Source: Longimicrobiales bacterium (GTDB lineage: Bacteria; Gemmatimonadota; Gemmatimonadetes; Longimicrobiales; Gaopeijiaceae). Taken from it: a stretch of DNA of 64,000 nt. Shown here piece after piece: positions 1 through 9,656 of this stretch (the first letter of the stretch is position 1; every line of letters begins with the position of its first letter). The position numbers and the translations under genes are program-made. The stretch lies in NCBI GenBank assembly GCA_963664435.2, contig CAXXKM010000001.1, forward strand, positions 608,001-672,000, in the 5' to 3' direction. Below the pieces are notes generated by a model that saw nothing but the letters and a program-made list of their open reading frames with translations, ran no database searches and was not told the origin of the DNA.

Positions 1-151
1 CTCCGAGCAAGAGGATGCGGGAAGCCCTGCGCGGCCGCCTGGCCGCTTCGGACCCATGCCCGTTCGCCGAGGCCGGGTACCCGAGCCCGATACCGATACC
101 GCCGCCGGCCACGGCCGACAGCCGGAGAAAGTCGCGTCGATTCGTTGTCAT
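1..151 (-). CDS. 5' part of a Tat-signal protein, probably an NAD-dependent epimerase/dehydratase (runs off the window)
   Basis: Not in the ORF track. Manual translation from ATG at 151 gives MTTNRRDFLRLSAVAGGGIGIGLGYPASA...RILLLG: a twin-arginine RRxFL motif followed by the start of a Rossmann-like beta1 strand. Confidence 0.65.
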   Translation of the reverse strand, partial: MTTNRRDFLRLSAVAGGGIGIGLGYPASANGHGSEAARRPRRASRILLLG

Positions 152-215
152 CGAGTTCGTGATCCAGTCTGAGGGTGAGTTCGGTGATGCAGGTGCAGGC
201 TGGGGAGGGGCTCGG

Positions 216-1622
216 TTACCGAGTCCCTTCCTCCGTGGCCGGGCGTTGCGAACTACGCCCGCCTTCCTTGTAGACGACGCCATCCTTCATGACGAAGTCG
301 ATGTCTTGCAGGAGGTCGATGTCGGCCAGCGGGTCGCCCTGCACTGCCACCAGGTCGGCGACCTTGCCTGGCTCCACGCTTCCCAGTTCCTCCGTGCGGT
401 GCAGCACGATGGCGGCCTCCCGGGTAGCGGCGAGAATCGCCTGCATCGGCGACATTCCGACGTCCACCAGCAGACGGAACTCGCCCCCGTTCTCCCCATG
501 CGGGAAGACTCCGGCGTCCGTTCCGAAGCCGATCTTCACACCCTCCCGAACGGCCAGCTGGATCGACTCCCGGAAATACGGATAGATCTCCAGGGCCTTC
601 TCTCCCGGCAGCCCCGTGAGTGTCCCCGCCAGCGCCCGCTCCCGGACATTCTCGAACGCCATCATGGTGGGAACCAGGTAGGTGCCGTGCTCGTCCATGA
701 GCCGGACAGTCTCCTCGTCAAGCATCGAGCCATGGTCGATGGTGGTGACGCCCGCACGCACGGCCGCCTTGATTCCTTCGAGGCCGTGGGCGTGGGCGGC
801 CACCGTACGGTCGGCCATTTTGGCGGTCTGAACGAGGACGACCATCTCCTCCTCCGTGAACTGCTGCACGCCAACGGCGTCGCCCTCCGACAGCACGCCG
901 CCGGTCGCGCAGAACTTGATGAGGTCCGCGCCATACTTGATCTGGTAGTTCACCGCCTCGCGCACGTTTTCGATGCCCTGGGCGATGCCCTTCTCGATCC
1001 CCGGCTCCTCGAAGATGTCCGGGCGGTAGCCGTTGCTGTCGCAATGCCCCCCGGTGATCCCCAGGGAGTAGACTGCGGTGTACATCCGCGGGCCCGGCAC
1101 AAGGCCGCGGTTGATGGCGTCCCGGAGCGCCACGTCGGCGAAGTTGTCGGCTCCCACGTTGCGTACGGTGGTGAAGCCGGCCTCGAGGGTGATGCGCGCG
1201 TTCATGACCCCCACGATGGCCAGGTGCCCCGGCCAGCGATGCAGGCGGCTGTCGCGGCTTCCGTCCCCGCTGGTGAGGTGCGTGTGCAGGTCGATGAGGC
1301 CCGGCATCACGGTATGGTCGGACAGATCGATGCGGGTCGCCCCCGACGGGACCGAAATGTTCTCGCCAACCGCCTCCAGGCGGGTGCCGCGCACCAGAAC
1401 GGTGACGTTCTCGCGCACGCTTCCGTCCACCCCGTCGATGAGGCGGCCAGCCGTAATCGCGGTCACGTCGGTGCTGTCGGGGAGGGTCACCCGCTGGGCA
1501 GCGAGGCCCGCGGGACCGGCGGTCCACACAGCCGTCAACACGAGCGCGAGCAGTATCCGGATCCGGTTGGCCGAGGCTCGCTCTTTCGGATGGCCACTCA
1601 TTCCATTTGCCTGTTTCGCCAT
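216..1622 (-). CDS. Secreted metal-dependent amidohydrolase (Xaa-Pro dipeptidase-like)
   Basis: Signal peptide; motifs PGLIDLHTH, LIKFCATGG, AAHAHG, DHG, GTDAG, GKVADLV; AGGAGAGG RBS. Confidence 0.9.
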   Translation of the reverse strand: MAKQANGMSGHPKERASANRIRILLALVLTAVWTAGPAGLAAQRVTLPDSTDVTAITAGRLIDGVDGSVRENVTVLVRGTRLEAVGENISVPSGATRIDLSDHTVMPGLIDLHTHLTSGDGSRDSRLHRWPGHLAIVGVMNARITLEAGFTTVRNVGADNFADVALRDAINRGLVPGPRMYTAVYSLGITGGHCDSNGYRPDIFEEPGIEKGIAQGIENVREAVNYQIKYGADLIKFCATGGVLSEGDAVGVQQFTEEEMVVLVQTAKMADRTVAAHAHGLEGIKAAVRAGVTTIDHGSMLDEETVRLMDEHGTYLVPTMMAFENVRERALAGTLTGLPGEKALEIYPYFRESIQLAVREGVKIGFGTDAGVFPHGENGGEFRLLVDVGMSPMQAILAATREAAIVLHRTEELGSVEPGKVADLVAVQGDPLADIDLLQDIDFVMKDGVVYKEGGRSSQRPATEEGTR

Positions 1623-1732
1623 GGTCCTCTCCTCATTTCATTGCGCCGCCGGTTCCACTTGGCCCGGACGGATCACGGACCTCCAGGCCCGCGCGCGACC
1701 GCGTACATATACCGCCCAGCCGACGTAAACGG

Positions 1733-3154
1733 CTAGTCTCTCCAGGGGGCGTCGGATACGGGACGCGAGGGGTCGATCCCCGGGCCCTTGTACTGAACAC
1801 CCCCCTTGATCACATGGATAACGTTGTTCTGTTGCAGCGCACTCATGTTCCGCAGGGGGTTCCCGTTCACCACGATGATGTCAGCGAGCTTTCCGGGCTC
1901 GAGCGTGCCGAGATCGTCCAATGCGCCATACAGCAGCGCCGGGTACCGCGTTGCCATGCTGATGACCTTCATCGGCGGGATGCCGTAACGAACGAAGAGG
2001 TCCATCTCCTGCCAGGTCGACTCGTAGTGGAAGTTCATCGGGGTGCCCGAATCGGTCCCGACCACGAGTCGAACCCCGTTCTCGTACAGCTGTCTCACCT
2101 TCGCGGGATGATGCCGGTTGGCGTTCTTCGCGCCGGAAAAGTAGTTGAGCCTGCTGAAGTGGTTCAGCGAACTGCGGATATCCTCGTACATGTCCGGAGG
2201 CAGATCGGCCCGTAGCTGGGGGTTGTCCAGCCGCTCCGGATACTCGGTGGTGATGTCGTAGATCTTGCTCACCAAGGATGTCACGGAGGCAACGATGCCG
2301 TTCTCCGCGATGAGGCGCAACGCCTCCTCCGGATAGAGCGGATAGGAACCGCCACCCATGTGCTCGATGGAGCCCACCCCCATCTCCGCCGCCGCGCGCA
2401 CCTCCTCGACCGACCGCGCGTGCACGGCCATGTGCAGCCCGGCCCGGCGGGCCTCGCCCGCGATGGCCATCCGTTCCTCCGGGCTCAGCTCGGCCAGCTG
2501 GATGACCTTGATGACATCCACTCCGGCGTCCACGAGCTGGCGCGCCTTGCGGGCGGCATCCTCCGGCCCATCGACGGTCCAGCGAACGAACGCCTGGGTG
2601 CGGTAGTCGTAGCGCGTCCCCTGGGGAACCGGCAGGCTCTTCTGCAGAAACGGTCCCGAGACGAAGAGCCGCGGGCCGGCCATTCGGCCCGCGTTGATCT
2701 CTTCGCGTACCCAGATGGCGTCTTCGAGGGGAGCACCCAGGTCGCGGGCGGTGGTGACGCCCGCCATCAGAAGCTGGCGGGCGGAGATCTCCATGATCTC
2801 CCGCCAGCGGCCCATGTAGCGCGGAAAGTATTCGTCGTAGACGCCGTGACCCATGACGATCAGGTGGGCGTGGGCCTCGTTCAGCCCCGGCATGACCGTC
2901 AGCCCGTTTGCATCGATCACCCGGGCACCCGCCGGAATCTCCGTGTCGGAAACCGTCCCGACATGGGTAATGCGGTCCCCTTCGACGAGGATTACCGAAT
3001 TCTGGATCGGGACTCCCTCATGGCCATCGATCAGCACGCCGCCCACGATGGCGAGCTGGCCCGGAGCCTGACCCTGGAGGGCGGGGGAACGGCTCGAAAC
3101 CAGAGCCAGCGTCCCCATTCCTACGAGCCCGCACACCCGCAGATAGTTCTTCAT
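1733..3154 (-). CDS. Secreted amidohydrolase
   Basis: Signal peptide; PGLNEAHAH, VIKV, VHA, EHMG, GTDSG, GKLADII; GGAGG RBS. Confidence 0.9.
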   Translation of the reverse strand: MKNYLRVCGLVGMGTLALVSSRSPALQGQAPGQLAIVGGVLIDGHEGVPIQNSVILVEGDRITHVGTVSDTEIPAGARVIDANGLTVMPGLNEAHAHLIVMGHGVYDEYFPRYMGRWREIMEISARQLLMAGVTTARDLGAPLEDAIWVREEINAGRMAGPRLFVSGPFLQKSLPVPQGTRYDYRTQAFVRWTVDGPEDAARKARQLVDAGVDVIKVIQLAELSPEERMAIAGEARRAGLHMAVHARSVEEVRAAAEMGVGSIEHMGGGSYPLYPEEALRLIAENGIVASVTSLVSKIYDITTEYPERLDNPQLRADLPPDMYEDIRSSLNHFSRLNYFSGAKNANRHHPAKVRQLYENGVRLVVGTDSGTPMNFHYESTWQEMDLFVRYGIPPMKVISMATRYPALLYGALDDLGTLEPGKLADIIVVNGNPLRNMSALQQNNVIHVIKGGVQYKGPGIDPSRPVSDAPWRD

Positions 3155-3223
3155 GCCTGGCCTCCCAGTGTCCGGGCTGACGTCATATGCCGGATTCCCG
3201 GCCGCTCACTCGCTGCCCTGGGG

Positions 3224-4648
3224 TCAGTCCCGGCGCGCGTCGGCGTCGGAGACCGGGCGCGTCGTTTCGATGCCGGGGCCCTTGTACTCGACACCGCCCT
3301 TGATGACATGGATCACGTTGTTCTGCTCCAGCGCGGCCATGTTCCTCAGCGGATTCCCGTTTACGACGATGATGTCGGCGAGCTTGCCCGGCTCGATGGT
3401 GCCGAGATCGTCGAACTCCCTGTAGAGCAGCGCCGGGAACTTGGTCGCCATGCTGATGACCTTCATCGGCGGAATGCCGTAGCGTACGAACAGGTCCATC
3501 TCCTGCCACGTGGACTCGTAGTGGAAGTTCATCGGGGTGCCCGAATCGGTGCCGATCACGAGACGGATGCCGTTCTCGTAGAGTTGTCGCACCTTGGCCG
3601 GGTGATGGGCGTTCGAGTCCTTGGCGCCCGAGAAGTAGTTGAGCCTGCTGAAGAAGTCCAGTGATCTGCGCACGTCCTCGTACATGGCGGCCGGCAGATC
3701 GGCCTTGAGCTGCGGATTGTCCAGCCGTTCGGGGTATTCCGTCGTGATGTCGTAGACCTTGCTGACCATGGAGGTCACCGACGCCACGATGTTGTTGTCC
3801 GCCATCAGGCGAATGGTCTCTTCCGGGTAGAGCGGATAAGGACGTCCTCCCATGTGCTCGATGGAGTTGGCTCCCATCTCCGCGGCCTGCCCAACCTCCT
3901 CTATCGTACTGGCGTGTACCGCGATGTGGAGCCCCGCCTCGCGGGCGACCTCGCCGATGGCCATCCGCTCCTCCCGCGTCAGCTGGGCCAATTGGATCAC
4001 CTTCAGGAGATCCACTCCGGCATCCACCAGCTCTTGCGCCTTGCGGCGGGCGTCCTCGGGTCCGTCCACGGTCCAGCGGAAGAACGCCTGCACCTGGGAG
4101 TCGTAGCTGGTCCCCTGGGCGCCCGGGAGGCTCTTCTGCAGGAAGGGGCCGGACACGAACAGGCGCGGCCCCAGCATGCGGCCGGCGTTGATTTCGTCCC
4201 GGATATACAGGGCGTCCTCCAGGGGAGCGCCCAGGTCACGCGCCGAAGTCACGCCCGCCATCAGCAACTGATGGGCGGAGATCTCCATGATCTCGCGCCA
4301 CCGGCCCATGTAGCGGGGGAAGAACTCGTCGTAGATGCCGTGCCCGATGATGAAGAGGTGAGCGTGGGCTTCGTTGAGCCCCGGCATGACCGTCAGCCCG
4401 TTTGCATCGATCACCCTGGCTCCCGCCGGAATCTCGGTATCCGACACGGTTCCCACGTGGGTGATGCGGTCGCCTTCCACGAGCACCACCGAATTCTGAA
4501 TCGGCACCCCCTCCTGCCCGTCGATCAGGTACCCCCCCACGATGGCCAGCTGATCCGGGGCTTGCGCCGACACCTGCTCCGGAGGGTTCAGTGCCACCCA
4601 GCCCAGCAGAATACCCATTGCGGTCAGCAACTCTCGCTCGATTCTCAT
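3224..4648 (-). CDS. Secreted amidohydrolase, close paralog of 1733-3154
   Basis: Start moved to ATG 4648 (AAAGGAG RBS). Same motifs as the neighbour, with long identical peptide stretches. Confidence 0.9.
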   Translation of the reverse strand: MRIERELLTAMGILLGWVALNPPEQVSAQAPDQLAIVGGYLIDGQEGVPIQNSVVLVEGDRITHVGTVSDTEIPAGARVIDANGLTVMPGLNEAHAHLFIIGHGIYDEFFPRYMGRWREIMEISAHQLLMAGVTSARDLGAPLEDALYIRDEINAGRMLGPRLFVSGPFLQKSLPGAQGTSYDSQVQAFFRWTVDGPEDARRKAQELVDAGVDLLKVIQLAQLTREERMAIGEVAREAGLHIAVHASTIEEVGQAAEMGANSIEHMGGRPYPLYPEETIRLMADNNIVASVTSMVSKVYDITTEYPERLDNPQLKADLPAAMYEDVRRSLDFFSRLNYFSGAKDSNAHHPAKVRQLYENGIRLVIGTDSGTPMNFHYESTWQEMDLFVRYGIPPMKVISMATKFPALLYREFDDLGTIEPGKLADIIVVNGNPLRNMAALEQNNVIHVIKGGVEYKGPGIETTRPVSDADARRD

Positions 4649-4706
4649 GCTCACTCCTTTTCGCCTTGCCCGGCCTCGGTAGCAGGTAGCACCCCGGGGC
4701 ATGAAA

Positions 4707-6074
4707 TCACTTGTACCTCACACCATCCTTGACGACCATCCGCACATAGCCCAGAACGTTGATGTCAAAGAGCGGATTGCCCTCGACAACGATGATGTCG
4801 GCCAGTTTGCCGGGTTCTATCGTGCCCAGATCCCTGCCCATGCCCATTACCTCGGCCCCCGTCTTGGTCGAAGCCGAGATCGCAGCCAGCGGACTCATTC
4901 CCGAGTCCACCAGGGCGGAGATCTCTCTCCAGGCGGCTTCGGTGTGAAAGTTCATGGGAGACCCCGAATCGGTACCCATTGCGATGACCGCGCCCCCGTC
5001 GATGAACTGGCGGGCGGCGATCTCGGAGTTGCGAATCTGACGCGGGGTCGTGCGAAAGTACGAGTTCCTGTGGAAGTCCTCGAAGGAACGCTGGAACTCG
5101 CCGTAGAGGTCGGGTGGCAGGTCCTCCTTGAGACGGGAGTCCTGCAGCCGCTCCGGGAACTCCAAGGTCGCGGGATAGACCCAGATCCGATGAGCAATGG
5201 TCTGTACGATCGGGATCCCCCGGTGCGCGATCTCCGTGATCAGGTCGTCGCTGTAGGGCGGATTGCCACCCGACCCGGCATGCTGGATGACATCCGTTCC
5301 CGCGCGGATCGCCGCCCACATGTCCTCGGGAGCGTAGAGATGGGTGTGGACCTCGATGCCCCGCCGGTGCGCGGCGTCGACAACCGCCCGCATGTCGTCT
5401 TCGCTCATCCCAGCCCAGATCTTGATCAGGTCGACCCCGGCATCGATGAGGTCGTCCGTCTGTTCGGTAGCCTCTTCGGGAGAGGTGATGCGACGCTGGA
5501 ACCAGGGTGGGAACTGCTGCCCCACGCGCGTGATCCAGGGGCCGCTGACCAGCATGCGGGGTCCTGGAAGCCGACCCTCGTTGATGTCGTCGCGCACGTT
5601 GAGGATCTCGAGCGGCGCACCCAAGTCGACGGCGGTGGTGACACCGGCCATCAATAGCTGTCTGGCCGAGATGGCCATCATCTCTTCCCTGGCCCCATCG
5701 AGAATCGGCCACCACTCGGCGTATTCGCCATGGCCGAGGATCATCAGGTGGACGTGGAGATCGACTAGGCCGGGAAGCATGGTCATGCCCTCGGTATTGA
5801 CGATTTCCGCTCCGGCCGGAATCTCTACGTCGCTGGCAGGTCCCACGGCGACGATGCGGTTGCCCTCGATGACCACGGCCGCGTGATGGATGGGAGGCGT
5901 CTCGTATCCGTCGAGGAGCATCCCGCCCACCAGCGCCATGGTACCCGACCCTCCCTGCGCGGCGACCGGCGCCGGCAGAACAATGCTCAGCAGAATGCCC
6001 GCTATCAACGGAGTCGCTGCTCGGACCTTTTGGGGGTGCGGTTTCTTCATTGGTTTTCTTCCTTGCGTGTGCAT
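4707..6074 (-). CDS. Secreted amidohydrolase, more distant paralog
   Basis: Signal peptide ending PVAAQ; DLHVH, LIKIW, VHTH, IQHAG, GTDSG. Alternative start at 6050. Confidence 0.9.
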   Translation of the reverse strand: MHTQGRKPMKKPHPQKVRAATPLIAGILLSIVLPAPVAAQGGSGTMALVGGMLLDGYETPPIHHAAVVIEGNRIVAVGPASDVEIPAGAEIVNTEGMTMLPGLVDLHVHLMILGHGEYAEWWPILDGAREEMMAISARQLLMAGVTTAVDLGAPLEILNVRDDINEGRLPGPRMLVSGPWITRVGQQFPPWFQRRITSPEEATEQTDDLIDAGVDLIKIWAGMSEDDMRAVVDAAHRRGIEVHTHLYAPEDMWAAIRAGTDVIQHAGSGGNPPYSDDLITEIAHRGIPIVQTIAHRIWVYPATLEFPERLQDSRLKEDLPPDLYGEFQRSFEDFHRNSYFRTTPRQIRNSEIAARQFIDGGAVIAMGTDSGSPMNFHTEAAWREISALVDSGMSPLAAISASTKTGAEVMGMGRDLGTIEPGKLADIIVVEGNPLFDINVLGYVRMVVKDGVRYK

Positions 6075-6170
6075 ACGCCTCCCCGCATCAGCGACGCCGG
6101 GTCACACCCGCGGGTCCGTGATGGATCCGGACGATGTGGACACCGGCGTCGTCGAACCGTCACTTCTGGC

Positions 6171-6192
6171 AAAAAAAGCCGCAACGGCGGCT
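6171..6192 (-). terminator. Rho-independent terminator
   Basis: Minus strand AGCCGC-cgtt-GCGGCT followed by a T-run, about 50 nt after the stop at 6242. Confidence 0.65.
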
Positions 6193-6241
6193 GCTCCGGC
6201 CGCGGACGCTACACCATACGACCGCGGCCGGAGTCGCGAAA

Positions 6242-7465
6242 CTACGTGCTCCCGCCCGCCTCGGGTGACACCACGCCGGCCTCGATATGCCGGTCTCCGG
6301 CGACGTAAACGTCGCACCCGAACATCGCGAAGTGGGTGTGATTGGGCGCGATGCGCGACGAGTAGCCGAGCCCGGAATACCCTGCTCCGGCTCCCCCAAG
6401 TCCGTGCCCGAAGTTCATCCCAAGGGAATAGAGCAGGCTTCCCTCCTTGTTGTGGTGGAAGTGGCCGACGTCGCCCGGCCCTCCCAGCTCGGTGTTCTCG
6501 TGCGTCCCCCAGCCGAAGTGGCTTATGCCGAACGCCTCCCGGTCGTTGTAGGAATTCAGAAGCGTTTCGAACTCCTGCGCACGCCTGCCTCCCTCGACGC
6601 GGGTGACATAGCCGCCCTCGAAGTGGAGGGTCACGGCTTCTTCGAGAACCTGGGGATGCAGATCGGTGATGATGTCACCGGGTTGAAGGACCAGTACCCC
6701 TTCCGCGGTGTCCTCGTTCGGGCCGCATGCCACACAGCCGTAGCCGAAGTTGTCCCAGCGGCCGGCCATGTCGGCGATGCCGTACTGGGCGTGACCCGGA
6801 CGGTCCTCCATCGAGCAGCGCCAATCGGAGCCGGCGTCGCTGACCACCCGGAGTTCGCCCCGGGTCTCGTCCAGCAACTGGGCGCCCCGGAGCGTGCGCT
6901 CCCGCCGCTCTGCTGTCGGGAAGTAGCGCTGCTGACGCGGCACGTCGTAGCCGAGCGCCAGCCATCGGGTCTTGTGCCCCGGCCGGTTGATGGCCTCGAA
7001 GTCCGTGCGGTAGGGGTGGTCGCCCACCTTGTTGCCATATGCTGTCGACGCGCCCGGAAGACCGATGTCGTTCCCCAGATTCGAGGTAATCAGCAGGTCA
7101 GCTTCCGCATAGGCGTTCCAGTGCCACGCGCTCAGCGCGCTCTCGTACTGACCGGCGCTGTTGATTCTCGGGAAGACCGAGATGTGGGCCCCGGTCGCCC
7201 CGATCTCGCCCGCTGCCGTGAGTAGTGCCAGCAGGTAGTCGTGGTCGAAGACCATGGGCGTGGCCACTATGAAGAGTTCGCCCTCCCGCAGCAGATTCTG
7301 TTCGAGAATCCTCTTGCAGTGGGCGACAAGGGGCGAGGGTGGCTCCGGGCGTGCGTTCAGGTCATCCGTGGTGGAGACCAGTGGGTCGGCAGACGCGGGA
7401 ATGGCCATTAGCGAGGACCCTGCCCCCGCGGCTCCCACGATCTTGACGAAGTTGCGTCGTTTCAT
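6242..7465 (-). CDS. Tat-exported NicX-like protein (2,5-dihydroxypyridine dioxygenase / aminopeptidase T fold)
   Basis: MKRRNFVK...PASA Tat signal; GRWDN, GPNE, PGDI, GYVTRVEGG, ISHFGWG resemble NicX; C-terminal HTH where the family has HxD. Confidence 0.7.
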   Translation of the reverse strand: MKRRNFVKIVGAAGAGSSLMAIPASADPLVSTTDDLNARPEPPSPLVAHCKRILEQNLLREGELFIVATPMVFDHDYLLALLTAAGEIGATGAHISVFPRINSAGQYESALSAWHWNAYAEADLLITSNLGNDIGLPGASTAYGNKVGDHPYRTDFEAINRPGHKTRWLALGYDVPRQQRYFPTAERRERTLRGAQLLDETRGELRVVSDAGSDWRCSMEDRPGHAQYGIADMAGRWDNFGYGCVACGPNEDTAEGVLVLQPGDIITDLHPQVLEEAVTLHFEGGYVTRVEGGRRAQEFETLLNSYNDREAFGISHFGWGTHENTELGGPGDVGHFHHNKEGSLLYSLGMNFGHGLGGAGAGYSGLGYSSRIAPNHTHFAMFGCDVYVAGDRHIEAGVVSPEAGGST

Positions 7466-7534
7466 GCTTACCTCCTGCGGCTGGATGTTTCACTGCTTTC
7501 CAAGCACTGGTCGGACGGTGTATGACCTCCGGGC

Positions 7535-8776
7535 TCAGTTCAACGGAGGCCGACCGGCCTGCAACTCGGCGATCGGTACATAGTCGAAATCGAATCCGAA
7601 GTGGCGCGGACCGATGATGTCGATGCCTGCCGGCGTCAACCACTCATCGTGGCCGCGGACGCCAACCATCGCCACTTCCATTCCAATTGGATATCCACCC
7701 AATCCCCCGCCGGTGATCGCATGCCCGGTTTCGGGATCGAGATTGAAAATATAGTCCGGGGAAATGACATCGAGCTCGCCGTCCAACCACGATACGATGT
7801 TCTCGTTCTTGACGAAGATCTCGTAGGTGTGGCCCTCGAATTCGCCTACCCCGGCGAGCTCCGCGTCCGTCCAGCTGAAGCCGCGGTCGCCGCGCTGGTC
7901 GGACCTGGTGACGATGCCCTGGAAGAGCTTGTACCCGCCGGTCAATTCGATCAGGGCTGCAATCGGGTCGTTCCCCTGCTCGCGGGCCTCGCGCACAGCG
8001 CGACCGAACTCGATGGCCTCGGTGAGGGCCCCCGTGATGGTTCCGCGCTTCACCTCCGCGCCGGTCATGGGGTTCATCGCAATGGACGCGCCCCCGCCGC
8101 TGCTCACGGCCACACCGCGCGCAAGGTCCTCCGCCCGATAGTCGTCCACGCCTTCGATGACCACTTGGTCGCCCCAACGCGTGACCAGGGCGGAAGGGGT
8201 GGAGGGAATGCCGACCAGCCAAGGAATCTGCTGCTGGATCTCCGGGCGAGCCCGCACCGACAGGCAGGCATCGACCAGCGGAGCCCCCATGTCGGAGGCG
8301 AGCATCAGCGCCTGAACGGTCGCGCCCGCGGACTCGAGGCGCAGTACCGCGTTGAATTCCACCCCCATGTGATCGGCAAGAAGCTCGACTGACCTGAGGT
8401 TGGTGCCTTCGACGCGCTCCAGTCCCTGCGCTTCCGTGCGCTCGATCACGTGCTCCCAGGCACCGCCCCCACCGACGCCGGCGGTACCCACCGCCATCCA
8501 GTCGTCGGGAAGATCCTCCGCGGAAACGATCTGGAACTCCGCTCCCTCGGCCATGGCCGCGCTCACGCGCTCGATGTAGTTGGCCGTGCTGCAGCCGCGG
8601 GTAGCCTGGATGCAGGATCCGACCAGCATGTCGATGACTTCCTGCTGGCTGAGCGTGCGCGTCTCGGGCATGTCCCGAGCGGCATCCGTCCCGGGATCCG
8701 CCGGCGCACAGGCGCCGACCATCACAAGCAGCAACACGAGCAGCCAGACGGTTTCTTTGCATGTTGGACGGTTCAT
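7535..8776 (-). CDS. DUF917-like lipoprotein
   Basis: Lipobox MVGAC; VDA..RARPE, LFQG, GFSW, KNEN, SPD and GPRHFGFDFDY fit DUF917 as I recall it. Confidence 0.7.
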   Translation of the reverse strand: MNRPTCKETVWLLVLLLVMVGACAPADPGTDAARDMPETRTLSQQEVIDMLVGSCIQATRGCSTANYIERVSAAMAEGAEFQIVSAEDLPDDWMAVGTAGVGGGGAWEHVIERTEAQGLERVEGTNLRSVELLADHMGVEFNAVLRLESAGATVQALMLASDMGAPLVDACLSVRARPEIQQQIPWLVGIPSTPSALVTRWGDQVVIEGVDDYRAEDLARGVAVSSGGGASIAMNPMTGAEVKRGTITGALTEAIEFGRAVREAREQGNDPIAALIELTGGYKLFQGIVTRSDQRGDRGFSWTDAELAGVGEFEGHTYEIFVKNENIVSWLDGELDVISPDYIFNLDPETGHAITGGGLGGYPIGMEVAMVGVRGHDEWLTPAGIDIIGPRHFGFDFDYVPIAELQAGRPPLN

Positions 8777-9630
8777 TCGGGCACCCCCCCTGCGAATACC
8801 AGCAACGGCGACGTGACCCGGACGTAGCCGCTCCCCCGGATCTCCTCGGGGCTGGACATGAAATCGGCGAGTTTTCGACGGGCCATGGCGTGATGCTGCT
8901 CCACTTCCTTGCGAGTCATGCCTCCCCGGCCCACCAGGGCCATGGTCGGCTCCGGCAAGCGAGAAGACTCGGTTCTCAACTGGCCCTCGACATCTTCAAG
9001 CGTCCTGCGAGGGTCGCTCATCAGAAAAACCTGGCAGACGGCCTCCGCGGCTATGTCCTTCACGCCGTGGCGCAGCAGGATCTCGGGCACCTTCAAGCCC
9101 ACATGCTGATCCACTCCCCTGCGCTTCCATCCACGAACGAACGCGTTGTTCAGCTTGGCGGACAGGTAGGTGAAGCGCCTGCTGTCCGGATCGCGACACC
9201 TCTGTTCGCCGGCCGGCTCGGCGATGGCGACGACCCCACCCTTGCGCGTGATGCGCAGCATCTCCCGGACCACGGCATCCGCCTCCTTCAGTGAACAGAG
9301 GAGGCTGCTGCATACGACCAGGTCGGCCCCTCCGTCCGGAAGGCGCAGACTACGGGCGTCCCCGACGTCGAACGTGACGTTGGAGACGCGCTCGGCACGG
9401 GCTTCCCGCGCCGCCAAACCCAATACCTCCTTGCTCGTATCGAGCCCCAGCACATGTCCGCGTCCACCGACGAGCCCGGCCATCCGAATGGCCAGCCTGC
9501 CTCTCCCGCAACCGACTTCCACGATCCTGAAGATCCGACTGAAGTCGATCAGCGACTCGAGGACTCTCGCCAACTCCGCGCTCTTGTCGGGTGGAATGCG
9601 CCGTTCCCTGATCATGCCGGAACGGCGCAT
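8773..9630 (-). CDS. Class I SAM-dependent methyltransferase
   Basis: VEVGCGRG motif I, LGLD, VGDA, ADLVVC; 4-nt ATGA overlap with the DUF917 gene. Confidence 0.85.
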   Translation of the reverse strand: MRRSGMIRERRIPPDKSAELARVLESLIDFSRIFRIVEVGCGRGRLAIRMAGLVGGRGHVLGLDTSKEVLGLAAREARAERVSNVTFDVGDARSLRLPDGGADLVVCSSLLCSLKEADAVVREMLRITRKGGVVAIAEPAGEQRCRDPDSRRFTYLSAKLNNAFVRGWKRRGVDQHVGLKVPEILLRHGVKDIAAEAVCQVFLMSDPRRTLEDVEGQLRTESSRLPEPTMALVGRGGMTRKEVEQHHAMARRKLADFMSSPEEIRGSGYVRVTSPLLVFAGGVPE

Positions 9631-9656
9631 CCCCCCGGTTCCGTGAACCCGGCGGG

